DNA from: Antedon mediterranea
Taxonomy: Eukaryota > Animalia > Echinodermata
NCBI RefSeq assembly: GCF_964355755.1
Contig: NC_092678.1
Span: 13,576,352 to 13,640,351 of the forward strand
Direction: 5' to 3'
DNA length: 64,000 nt
The translations under genes were made by a program, and so were the position numbers. Below are positions 24,701-37,600 of this stretch, one piece after another. The notes under the pieces were generated by a model that worked only from the letters and a program-made list of their open reading frames with translations, was not told the DNA's origin and did not search any database. Within the stretch, counting starts at the first letter, position 1. Every line of letters begins with the position of its first letter.

Positions 24701-26167
24701 TACTATCAGAGTTACTTGAGAAACCACATATGCTTTCATTTTATTTACCAGAATTTCCTGTACTTCGTCCACCATTGTTACGATAAAACGGAAAAATAAG
24801 CATCCACGCCATTTGATGAAATCTTCCTGTTAAGCGAAAATACAATAATCAATAGTAATATTAATGATGATTTGATTGGTGACCAGTTAATACTGATGAT
24901 GATAAAGGGTGTTTAATGTTAATATTTTGACTGAGCTAATATAAATCAAATATTATGTTTGTGTGTTTACTTAAATATTTTTGGCTTACCAGTAATAAAT
25001 GGGTGAGAAGCGTCAGGATCTGTCTACGAATTAATGGACACTTATCCTTCAAACAGGAAGCTATGTTTGGTATGTAATGATTCACGAGATTGGGATACCT
25101 TAAAAAGAGTAGAATTATATGAATTATATATAGATATAAATTTAAGTGAGCGGTTAAAATAGTGGAACCGGAATTACGCAGCCATAACATCGGCAAGCAT
25201 TCAAGGCTCACTCACTCCATGGTTCCGAGTCTTCTCGGATAATGACTATAAACTGTAGGTTCAGTGTACACATCTAGCTCATGTGCAATTTAAAGAACCT
25301 AGTTCATCTTTCTAGATGAGTAGGGGGTTACGCCGGTGTACTAGTCCACACAAACACAGCCACTGTCACACACAGCCACTGTGCAAGCGGGACTGGACTG
25401 TTTTAGAGGTGTTTACCATCCTTTACTAATGTACATACATCTTAGTGAGAAGTTGAATAATTAAAAATGTTTATGTAAAATGATAAGTGAAATATGACTG
25501 AAAAGTCTACCTACCTTTTGCAAAGGTCACACAATACAATAACAACATTGTTCCTAATTGCCATGTCTGTTGATGTCTCCAACTCTCGTGCGATGGCAGC
25601 GATGGTTTGCTTGGCTAAAGACTCGTGTTGTAGACACAGCTTTCCAATGGTAATAAACGCAAACGCACGCACCCTGTTGGACATCTTTGAGCCACAAAAC
25701 TGCGAGATAGGCACCTGTGAATGTGATGGCTGGGATGATGCTTGTGATGATGGTAAGCAGTTTTCTAGATTATGAAGAAAGTAGGTTGGGTAGGTATTAC
25801 TGAATTTATCACAAGTACAGGAGTGAGTAGGTATTACTGAATTTATATCTTGGAAGATTATGAAGAAGTTAGTATTAGTACGGGAATTTGTTACCTCCAG
25901 GTATGCCAAGATCGCCAGGCCCTGCGAGTATTGACTGAACAAGCATGAATATCCTAGATGAGACGTTTTTAGGGCAGAGTTGAGCCATCTCGCCTATAAC
26001 GTAAACAAATGCTTCACTAGGCTTTCCTCATCCCAGCTAGTCTGTGATTGGTCCTCTGTCAGGACGACTGTTGATAAGTAACGGTCACATGACTTTAGAA
26101 TATCTACACTGATAATAGCAATGGATTTCTGAAAATCTTCTACAGCTGGATTTTGAGCTGAGCACAA
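21782..26167 (-). pseudogene. NCAPD3: NCAPD3 internal fragment, inverted duplicate (8 exons; lacks both ends)
   Basis: Mirror of 14303-18711; shares the frameshifts (e.g. cgcctataacg at 25991); truncated at the breakpoint before the LEKHRSP exon. Confidence 0.9.
22289..23445 (-). mobile_element. Helentron family B, duplicated copy
   Basis: Reverse complement of 17050-18220 with a short internal deletion near 23095. Confidence 0.85.
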
Positions 26168-28599
26168 CTGAGAATATAAAGTAAGCATGTAAACAAAATG
26201 TCCCCTTAATAGGGGTGTCCCCTTAATAGGGGTGTCCCTTGAATAGGCTGTAGTGTTAAAGCATATAATGTCCTAAAAGAAGGGTTCTAATGTAGTAGAA
26301 TATAATAGAGATCAAATATGCTTTAAAGATAATCACTTTCGTAGAAAAAAAAAATCAAAAAATAATAATTTCACTTGTAAAGACAAAATAAACAGTTAAA
26401 TGAAAAACACAATGTCTATTTTTTGCTTTTAATTACAGTTTTTTCAGGTATGAAAATGTATAATGATATGACATCATCATGTCTATATATGGGCACATCA
26501 CATGTTTGTTTGTCACATGTTTGATAGTGTAGACAGCGCTTTAGAAGAAAATGCTATATAAGAAGAGACACTCATTAGTAGAAAACAAATAAAAAATAAA
26601 TCTTGGCAATATCATATTACATTGCCATAGTGTTGATGCATTTAGATGCGCCTTTAATACATATGACGACGAGACAAGCCACCTCATTTTGCACTTCAGA
26701 TCTACGTACGCATAATCGTTTATTGACCCCGTTACACTAATCAATATATTTTACAACTAGATTAAGTTAATGTTTTCTAGAATTCATGTATTATCTTATT
26801 CATTGTATTATAATAATGTACATATTATGGTATTAATTTAATGTATATCCCACCCCTTAATTTATTCAAAATTTGGTTAGTCTAAAGTGTTTGATAAAAC
26901 TTTGATTAATGCAAATCCGATTATAATCCCTCATCCTAAAATTTTCAAAATGTCATATATTGGACTAGACTTGATCATACTATACGGTTTTAATATTGAT
27001 TTTGAAAAAAGGAAGAAAAATGACAAATTGTTGTCACTTATATCTTTCTTCCTTTTATTAATACTCAAAATTAAGTTATAAACATTGTAAAGATAAGATA
27101 TCAAGGGAAGGGCTAACAATTATAGTCAGAAAAATTCGAGTTCAGCCTCTAAACATTAAAGAATAAATTGTTAAAAAATAAAAGCAACCTTTCTAATACA
27201 TAAAACATTTTTTTTTTACTTTCTCTCGAATATATAATATCTACAGTGCACATGTAGAGGGTAAAAAAAATTAAATCGGCCCTGCAAAGGGAACAATGTA
27301 CTAATCATCCTCGACATAGTGTTCATTGTCCTTGAGTTTTACTAGGTAAAAATTTAGATCAATTATTATAATCATTCCTTTTTGTGCGGGAGAAGACGCC
27401 AATGTGACTAGGCACATTCATTTATTGTCAATCACGGAGTATTCGCAATACCCACTCATCCACTTACATTTTATATGGATTCCATTATATAGTACATGAA
27501 GACGTTCAACTCAAATTGAATACATTGATTAAACAAAAGATCTTACTCTGTAATGGCTCTCAAAACAACGAATACATTACAAACATTTTCCATTGATGAA
27601 TTCTAAAACGTCTATCAAATGTAAAATCCGAATGTACAGAAATAAAAATTGTTAAAAAATGTGTTTAATAAAACAAAAACAAGTGAGTTACAAACAAGTA
27701 CACTGCACTCAAAGCTTTTCTTTTGAGATAGTTGGACAATTTTATGTAACTAAGTGATTGTTATGTTATAGATTTTTTATTATTCTTTATAAAGAATTCA
27801 ATCATTTCAAATCCAATGTTTCAGAAGGTACTGTAGAAAAAAACTACTATACGTCGATGAATGATCTTAAAAATATTTTTGGTAATGAAACAATAAGCCC
27901 ACCACAGCCAAAATTGCACGGCACAAGATAAGTACATTTCGGAAACGAGAAACTCCGGTGAGGAAAACCCGACTTGCCTATTCTTCAACTAGCGGTTCCT
28001 GTATAACAAAGAACAGGGTATGCTGAATACTACTGGCAGGGGAATTACTTTATTGCAAATATCAGAATGACCTGTCCATGACAGGTCTTGTTCAATATTA
28101 GAGGCAAAGGTCAAATTATCACTGCCATTAAAATAAGAAAATATATACTTGAAATTACACACTTTCTTTACTTTTTGGCTATGATTTCGCAATTGACTAC
28201 ATATAGGTACTTAATAGTAAACTTTGTAGGAAACCATGTAGAACTTAATTCAGTTTTTCTTATTTTTCTTACAGAACTTTTCATGACAAATACTGTTGCG
28301 TTATAGTATATCCCCATAACGAAATAACTAAGTAGATTTAGATAGTCTTTAATAGAAATAGCTCTATCCTTAGTAGGCTTAATAGGCCGTTAGTAGTTTT
28401 TTTCTCTTGGCTACTAAGGATTTTATCATGATTTCTTTCTGACTACACATAAAATAGATAGGTGACATAATAGGTACTACCTATTAAAAGTACACAGTAA
28501 GTAGTTGTATCATAGTTGATAGTAGGCCTTTAAGCTACACCATTGTTAGTAGTTTTTAATAGATATTTTTCACCTTAAGAGTTTTTATGTAGACAGGGA

Positions 28600-30690
28600 G
28601 TAGTCTCCATCTATCTATATATAATAGATATTTAGTAGGTATGAAAAAAAAGTTAAATGTAGTTTGTTAATAGGTTATAGATAGCTGTTGTCTATCTATT
28701 ATAAGTAGACAGTTGATAGATAATACAAAACTGTGTTACTCATAGATTTCTAATAGACTTGTAGTAGTCTCCATCTATCTATATATAATAGATATTTAGT
28801 AGGTATGGAATATAAGTTAAATGTAGTTTGTTAATAGGTTATAGATATCTGTTGTCTATCTATTATAAATAGACAGTTGATAGATAATACAAAACTGTAT
28901 TACTCATAGATTTCTAATAGACTTGTAGTAGTCTACATCTATCTATATATATAATAGATATTTAGTAGGTATGGAATATAAGTTAAATGTAGTTTGTTAA
29001 TAGGTTATAGATATCTGTTGTCTATCTATTATAAATAAACAGTTGATAGATAATACAAAACTGTGTTACTCATAGATTTCTATAATAGACTTGTAGTAGT
29101 CTCCATCTATCTATATATAATAGATATTTAGTAGGTATGGAATACAAGTTAAATGTAGTTTGTTAATAGGTTATAGATAGCTGTTGTCTATCTATTATAA
29201 GTAGACAGTTGATAGATAATACAAAACTGTGTTACTCATAGATTTCTAATAGACTGACAGTAGCCTCCATCTATCTATATATAATAGATATTTAGTAGGT
29301 ATGGAATACAAGTTAAACGTAGTTTGTTAATAGATTATAGATATCTGTTGTCTATCTATTATAAGTAGACAGTTGATAGATAATACAAAACTGTGTTACT
29401 CATAGATTTCTAATAGACTTGTAGTAGTCTCCATCTATCTATATATAATAGATATTTAGTAGGTATGGAATACAAGTTAAATGTAGTTTGTTAATAGGTT
29501 ATAGATAGCTGTTGTCTATCTATTATAAATAGACAGTTGATAGATAATACAAAACTGTGTTACTCATAGATTTCTAATAGACTTGTAGTAGTCTCCATCT
29601 ATATATATATAATAGATATTTAGTAGGTATGGAATATATGTTAAATGTAGTTTGTTAATAGGTTATAGATAGCTGTTGTCTATCTATTATAAGTAGACAG
29701 TTGATAGATAATACAAAACTGTGTTACTCATAGATTTCTAATAGACTTGTAGTAGTCTCCATCTATCTATATATAATAGATATTTAGTAGGTATGGAATA
29801 TAAGTTAAATGTAGTTTGTTAATAGGTTATAGATATCTGTTGTCTATCTATTATAAATAGACAGTTGATAGATAATACAAAACTGTATTACTCATAGATT
29901 TCTAATAGACTTGTAGTAGTCTACATCTATCTATATATATAATAGATATTTAGTAGGTATGGAATATAAGTTAAATGTAGTTTGTTAATAGGTTATAGAT
30001 ATCTGTTGTCTATCTATTATAAATAAACAGTTGATAGATAATACAAAACTGTGTTACTCATAGATTTCTATAATAGACTTGTAGTAGTCTCCATCTATCT
30101 ATATATAATAGATATTTAGTAGGTATGGAATACAAGTTAAATGTAGTTTGTTAATAGGTTATAGATAGCTGTTGTCTATCTATTATAAGTAGACAGTTGA
30201 TAGATAATACAAAACTGTGTTACTCATAGATTTCTAATAGACTGACAGTAGCCTCCATCTATCTATATATAATAGATATTTAGTAGGTATGGAATACAAG
30301 TTAAACGTAGTTTGTTAATAGATTATAGATATCTGTTGTCTATCTATTATAAGTAGACAGTTGATAGATAATACAAAACTGTGTTACTCATAGATTTCTA
30401 ATAGACTTGTAGTAGTCTCCATCTATCTATATATAATAGATATTTAGTAGGTATGGAATACAAGTTAAATGTAGTTTGTTAATAGGTTATAGATAGCTGT
30501 TGTCTATCTATTATAAATAGACAGTTGATAGATAATACAAAACTGTGTTACTCATAGATTTCTAATAGACTTGTAGTAGTCTCCATCTATCTATATATAA
30601 TAGATATTTAGTAGGTATGGAATATAAGTTAAATGTAAAATGTAAAATGTAGTTTGTTAATAGATTATAGATAGCAGTTGTCTATATATT
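28600..30690. repeat. ~164-bp satellite array, ~12.7 units, with 988-bp 6-mer higher-order repeat
   Basis: tagtctccatc recurs at 28601, 28765 etc.; diagnostic variants gtctac (28931/29919) and actgacag (29253/30241) recur exactly 988 bp apart. Confidence 0.93.
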
Positions 30691-32756
30691 AGTGCGTGTG
30701 TATAACAATTGTTACACCCAAATTCCCGCTTCTTTTTTGCAGCAGCAGCAGGCACGATGCAGATGATCAGAGAAAAAAGGAGCATTCGCTTGTTTTAGGC
30801 CTTTTCAATCAGACCATGAATGTTTATTTATACACAATGTCAGTTTAGTGGTAAGTGAATCAATCCATATCTTTACATTTTATTTGTTAAAGTTAAAGTG
30901 TTCCTTTTTGATAGGCTAGAAGCTAGGCTAGTAGGCCTCTAGTAGGCTCTATAACCTAGCCAGGCCTGTATTAGTTAGTAGGCCTAGGCTAGGCTAAGCT
31001 ACTAAGCTAGGTAGGCCCTAGCCTAGGCCTAGTCTTTTTTAAATTGCACTAGGCATTTTTCATTCAAGTTATAATTATAATAACCTAGGCCTAGGCCTAA
31101 TATACTTTATAGCCTAGGCTTATAGGCCTACTACTAGTTAGCCTAGGCCCTACATTGCCTGTTTGTTGTTCAAAAAACATTTATTTATTCAACAATGGCA
31201 TTATACAGTATAATATAATTATATAGGTGTGTACATAAATGAAAACATAGTAATAAGCCACAAGTTGTAGGCCTACTTCCCAGGGTTCAATTATAAAATA
31301 GTTTGTTAATAGGCCTAAGCCTAGTCTATTAATAGGTTATTATTATACATAATTTTAAACACAGTAGGTTTCATTTATTACCATAAATATAATTTAATAC
31401 TACCGCAAAACATAGATAAACTCACATTATTTTCGCCCGTTGAATAAATGTATATTTTTACTTTACAACAAACAAACTTGACGGGTTGTTTGTTGGTATA
31501 TATTTACTCCATTGTGTTGGTTCAGAGGATGTTTTTCTTACGCACCTGCCTTTCTTGTATTTTGACTCCAAATTTGTTGACTAACTTTATCCTGAACACC
31601 ACACTTTAAAATTAGGACTTATAAGTACTTTCAGAAGGAGAAACACATAACAACAAATAAATAAATCCTTTAAATTGATGATTTTACAGATGTGTTTCTT
31701 TGTATACTGTAATGTAACTCCTCGAGCTCCCCGTGCTCAATGTTTTTGTTTCTATGGAGCGCCAAAAGACCAACAATAATAGTACAAGTATAAAAACAGA
31801 AAGAAAACGAAACAAAAAAACTTATCATGATTTTTAAATTAAAATTTATTTGCCAGTATTTATTTCTTCGTACTTGCATGAGTATACTATTATCATTACA
31901 ATTTTAATTTTACATTGTTCCATCCACACTGCAGATGGACTCCACAGAGTTTTCAGCCCTCTATACAATTTTTGCTCTTTTGACGTTCCATAGAAACAAA
32001 AACATTGAACATGGCCCATGGGGTAGGCCTACTGTACTGTAGGCTAGTCATTTTGTGTGCGAGAAAAACGTCTGTAAAATCATCAATTTAAAAATGTATT
32101 TGTTACTTTTTATGTGATTCTTTTTCATGAAAGTGCCAATTCTAAGGTGTGGTATTCAGAATAAATGTTGGGAGTTAAAATACAAGGCAGGTGCGAAAGA
32201 TAAATATTTGTAATCTAGGTGTTGGGTCTTACTTAGCTTTCGTGATCTTAGGTCTTAGGGGGTCTTAGCTTTCGTGGTCTTAGGTTTCGTGACACCCATT
32301 GTAAGTATGCAGTTGATAGATATTACAACTGTGATATTAATAATAGATTTCTAATGCAGTATCTAGGCCTAGAGGCCTAGGTCATCTAGCTATATCTACT
32401 GTATCTATTTGTAATAATTCTTAGTAGGCCTAAGTATATAAAATAAATAGTTTATTAATAGTTACTGGCTATTATCAGTTTGTTTATAGTCTGTTAATAG
32501 GTTTCTGGTAGGTAGCCCTTGTATAGCAAAATTCAAATGGCATATCAACAAAAAAATGTTTAAACAATTATTTTTTCAGAGAGACGATCTTTAACCTATA
32601 CTAGTACAAATTTGATGGTCAAGTGCAAAGATGATTAATTTATGGTGAAGTGTGCTTTTGCGTAATTAATTTTTCATGTCAATAGTGACAATATTTGGTG
32701 CATTTATTATTGTCTGGTCTAATTCCATTCAGGAATTGTTTTGAATTTTGAAGTTT

Positions 32757-33335
32757 AAATAAAATGTATACTGTATATTTGGATACTGTGTCTTGTTTCA
32801 TTTGATAAGTCTAGATTGTTACAAAAGTGATGAGTGTTGCTCTGTTGCTCGGTATTCTTCCTGTCACATGTCCAACTGAGTTCAAACATGTGCAATGTTA
32901 TGGTTAAGATATTAAGGTTTACAAATACTGTACTATCTTAATTTTTTGTTAAATAAATTTATAAAATGTATACTGTATATTTGGTTACTAATGTCTTGTT
33001 TCACTTAATAAGTCTAAATTGTTACAAAAGTAACTGTTGTTGTTGTTTGGTATTCTTTCTTTTACATGTCCAGCTGAGTTAAAACATGTGCAATGTTATG
33101 GTTAAGATATTAAGGTTTACAAATAATGTACTATCTTAATTTTTTGTTAAATAAATTTATAAAATGTATACTGTATATTTGGTTACTAATGTCTTGTTTC
33201 ACTTAATAAGTCTAAATTGTTACAAAAGTAACTGTTGTTGTTTGGTATTCTTCCTTTTACATGTCCAACTGAGTTAAAATATGTGCTTAAAGTTTTCGGA
33301 CTCGCATATGTATGGACAAGATTAAGGTTTACAAA
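32757..33335. repeat. ~200-bp tandem repeat x3
   Basis: aaaatgtatactgtatatttgg at ~32761, 32963 and 33161. Confidence 0.88.
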
Positions 33336-33434
33336 TATGGGAAAAAAATTAATTTGTTATTTTTTTAATCATTATACATTTGTTATTTGCCAATAAGATG
33401 AATTATTGTTCTGTATCTGTATTTTAGCCAGAAA

Positions 33435-34630
33435 AGATTAGATTTTTAATTTCTGTAGATTTTAAGTATCTAAATTAACAGTAGTTAATTTATGTAGATT
33501 TTTAATAGCCAATTTATATGTAGATTTTTAATAGCCAATTTATATGTAGATTTTTAATAGCCCAATAATATCTATATGTAGATTGTTAATAGTCCAATAA
33601 TAGTTATATGTAGATTTTTAATAGTCCAATAATATCTATATGTAGATTGTTAATAGCCCAATAATAGTTATATGTAGATTTTTAATAGCCAATTATTTAG
33701 TAGATTTTTAATAGCCAAATAATGTAGATATTTAATAGCCCAATAATAGCCAATTTATGTAGATTTTGAATAGCCAAATAATGTAGATTTTTAATATCCC
33801 AATAGTTGCCAATTTATGTAGATTTTTAATAGTCCAATAATAGCCAAATAATGTAGATTTTTAATAGCCCAATAATAGCCAAATAATGTAGATTTTTAAT
33901 AGCCCAATAATAGCCAAATAATGTAGATTTTTAATAGACAAATAATAGCCATTTTTAAGTAGATTTTTAACAGCCCAATAATAGCCAAATAGTGTAGATT
34001 TTTAATAGCCCAATAATAGCCAAATAATGTAGATTTTTAGTAGACAAATAATAGCCATTTTTAAGTATATTTTTAATAGACCAATAATAGCCAAATAATG
34101 TAGATTTTTAGTAGACAAATAATAGCCATTTTTAAGTAGATTTTTAATAGACCAATAATATCCAAATAATGTAGATTTTTAGTAGACAAATAATAGCCAT
34201 TTTTATGTAGATTTTTAATAGCCCAATAATAGCCAAATAATGTAGATTTTTAGTAGACAAATAATAGCCATTTTTATGTAGATTTTTAATAGCCCAATAA
34301 TAGTCAAATAATGTAGATTTTTAGTAGACAAATAATAGCCATTTTTATGTAGATTTTTAATAGCCCAATAATAGCCAAATAATGTAGATTTTTAGTAGCT
34401 GAATAATAGCCAATTATTTAGTAGATTTTTAATAGTATATTAATAGCCAAATAATGTAGATTTTAAGTAGACAAATTATAGCCATTTTATGTAGATTTTT
34501 AATTGCCAAATAATAGCCAATTTATACAGATTTTTAATAGCCCAATAATAGTCATTTAATTAGTAGATTTTTAATAGCTCATAAATAGCAAATTAATGTA
34601 GATTTTTAAAAGCCAAATAATAGCCAATTA
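33435..34630. repeat. 35-bp minisatellite array (~34 units) with 70-bp dimer sub-structure
   Basis: atgtagatttttaatagcccaataatagccaaata at 33851, 33886, 33921; alternating aatagcccaa/agtagacaaa units from ~34020 to 34400. Confidence 0.92.
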
Positions 34631-37600
34631 AGAATCCATTCTAGATAGATTATTGGTAGTCTAATAATAGTTGTATTTAGTAGGTGTCGCCTACTAATAT
34701 CATCACGAAATATGCTAATGAGGCAAAAATCTACTAACGACTATAAAAAATCTATCAAATATCTATCTACTAGTAGGTGATAAATAGGCGACAGCTCTAT
34801 ATCTACTAAGCCGGATAGACTATAAGGCTAACCGCTATAGAGCTATAACTACTAAGACTTTTTGTTATGGGTCTTCTTCTAATGCAAGTTACAGTGGCCA
34901 TATTCACCCTTAAAATTAAAAAAAAATCTCCTATCTAAGTAAATACAACTTAAGGGAAATACTTAAATATTTATTGAGTTGAGTGAAATACTAATATTTA
35001 TTAAGGGAAATATCTCACTTAAATGTGATTGGTGAATACAGCCACTGTACTTTTAACAAATACAGTAGCATACACTTTCTAATATACATATTGAAACAGA
35101 TGATGTTTCTTGTTTATGTAGGCCTGCGGTAATTTAAACATTTTCAAGATTAAATATTACAGATAGACACAGAAGTATTTTCTTTCTTTTTTTTAGATAA
35201 TTAACAATTCAAAACTTCAATTTAGTAATTCAGGCGGATAGGACATATACAGTACAACTGAATGAAGTATGTTAGGCTGGGTAGATTACATATCTGTAGA
35301 ATCACATCCATTGGGGTTATTAACCTATAGGCTATCATCCAAGATGTTTGTCATACAAAATGTATGGAAAAGCTAGGCTAGCTTTAATCCAAGTTGAAAT
35401 GTACATAGTTAAAGTAGAAGAATTTATCACAGAAAGATTATGTCTTGAGTGAGTTTTGAGGATTCTAATGAGGAAAAATTGTTTGTTGGTGGCGGTGAGA
35501 TATTAGTGAGATTTCATTACTTTTGGACGCTATAGATGCGATTTAGACTGACATGCCCACCTCCATGGTAAGTAATACCATGGAGGTATAAAATATATTA
35601 TTTTATACCTCCATGGTAATACTGGCTAGGCTATTCTACTATAAAGTAATATATTTATTTATTTATTAACAGTATTTAACCAGGGTGGCCCAATCAGTCA
35701 AAAAGACTGTAACCAAGTTCACAATTTAATCTTTTTAATAACTGTAGCCAGGATTTTTAACTGGGGAGGGGTTCTATTTTTTGGTCGTTACATCCACCTA
35801 TCTCATTTTACACCCACACTTGTAATGCTACAGTCTGCACATACTTTACTATATTGTTGGCTACTTCTTACTGAGGTATATTTATATTAATATATTGTGA
35901 GTAACACTATTGCATTACTGTATAATCATTCTCTAATCAGACTCTCAATTTTAAAACCCCTCTGGGGATTACAATTTTTCTATTTCGAGAACAAACTATT
36001 TTCAAATTATAAAAACAACAATTCTAAATTTGAAAATTAATCAAAATTATGTTAAAATAAACATTTTTGAAGTGTCATGTTTTTCTTGGCAAAATAAAAT
36101 TAAAAAGATATATTTTAAATTTAAATCAAATTATTGCAGTTTTTCTTGAAATTGCCATTAAAAATCTTACTAATACAGCTAATCCTATAAATAATAAATT
36201 AGGTCCTTTTCATCCTCTTTAATACAAAATGTTTAACATTAATCCTAATTTATCCAACAGTTAATCTGAGTTGATACACACTTGAATTATTGATATTGAT
36301 ATTTTAGGTTTTTCATTAAATTTAAATAATTTTAAGATAATACTAAAATAGTAAAAGTGTTATGTAAATTGTTGTCAGAGTTTTTGTTAAGCAGACTTCT
36401 AAATGGCCAATGGTCTTGATATCGCCTGCTATTTGTTAAGTCTACTGTAGTACAGAAACAAACTGGACTCTTTTATTTTTAAAGTCTCAAAACAAAAACG
36501 CTGTTTATGCTTAATTTAATTGTTAAAATGTACTAATGTGTATTAAATATTGATAAAGTTTAAAACAAAATTTGTTGAAAAATTCAAACCAATAGAGAAA
36601 TACCTGTACCAACTCATATCGTACAGAAATATAAACATTTAACCAACACATAGTAATCCTTTTGGATGTATTATCATCATCAACGGAAAGAAAGTATCAT
36701 ACCAAATAATACTTTAAATCTAAGGATTATCCCTTCCTTTTCTTAATCTAAAGATAATCCGCTCCTAATCCTGTAAACTATGGTTTATTCCCTAACAATT
36801 ATATATACTCTAGTAGCTAGATCAACTTTCGTATGCACTTTGAGGTCCAGAGAATTTGACTTCAGAAATTGGTTTAGGGTGGTCAAACAATCATTTTTGG
36901 CTTGGTTACACATTTTGAAAATGTGGCGAAAGGTCAAAAGGTTAAGGTCAAAGGTTATAAGATCAAACACCATTATTTCCTTAAATCTCAACAACCACTG
37001 GTCACAGCGAGGTAATTTTGGTCTCAAATTGATCAGAAGGTATACTTTCATATTCAGTCTAATGGGACATTTTAGTCGAAAATGACCGGAAATGCCATTT
37101 ATGACCTTTGACCCACAACCCAGGGCATGTATGTATCTCCGTAACTACTGGTCGTAGACACTTGAATTTGGTTTTAAATTGTTCGAAATATATGTTTTGT
37201 TATTTTGTTATTTGTCTACATGGGCAATAGTCTCTATGGGCAATAGTCACCACGGCAATAGTTCACCCCAATGTTGCATGTGATAAAACATTATTTTATC
37301 CGATTCAAAATTTTCTTAACTATTCTTAATTATTTAAACATAGTCTTCTCCACTGGGATTCTACAAATAAAAAAACGAGTTTCCCAGTTTTTATAAACAA
37401 AATCAATTACAAAAGTAGAACCTGCATAATGCGCCGTGAAAAATAGCATCTTAAAAATGTAATTCTGATCTGGAATGCAATAATTAAATTGTTTATACTA
37501 GTGTCTTTAAAATAATATTTTCCAGCGATTACTGCTTAAGTAAGCAGATATGGTATTTAAAGCTTTTAAGGGAATTAATAAAAATATTTCGATAGTCTTA

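Larger units (their letters stand above)
28313..34871. mobile_element. Non-autonomous CMC (EnSpm/CACTA-type) DNA transposon, 6559 bp
   Basis: TIR cccataacgaaa / tttgttatggg, 2-bp TSD TC (28311-12, 34872-73); empty site tagaagaagatatactataa at 12151-12170; no transposase ORF. Confidence 0.8.

Noticed and set aside
33435-34630. CRISPR-like 35-bp periodicity
   Set aside because: Degenerate head-to-tail minisatellite without unique spacers.
36806-37218. Clean TE insertion in the right arm
   Set aside because: Left arm has a different ~45 bp at 10184-10226 and no TSD is visible; probably reciprocal deletions in an older repeat (tgacctttgacc motifs), not classifiable.
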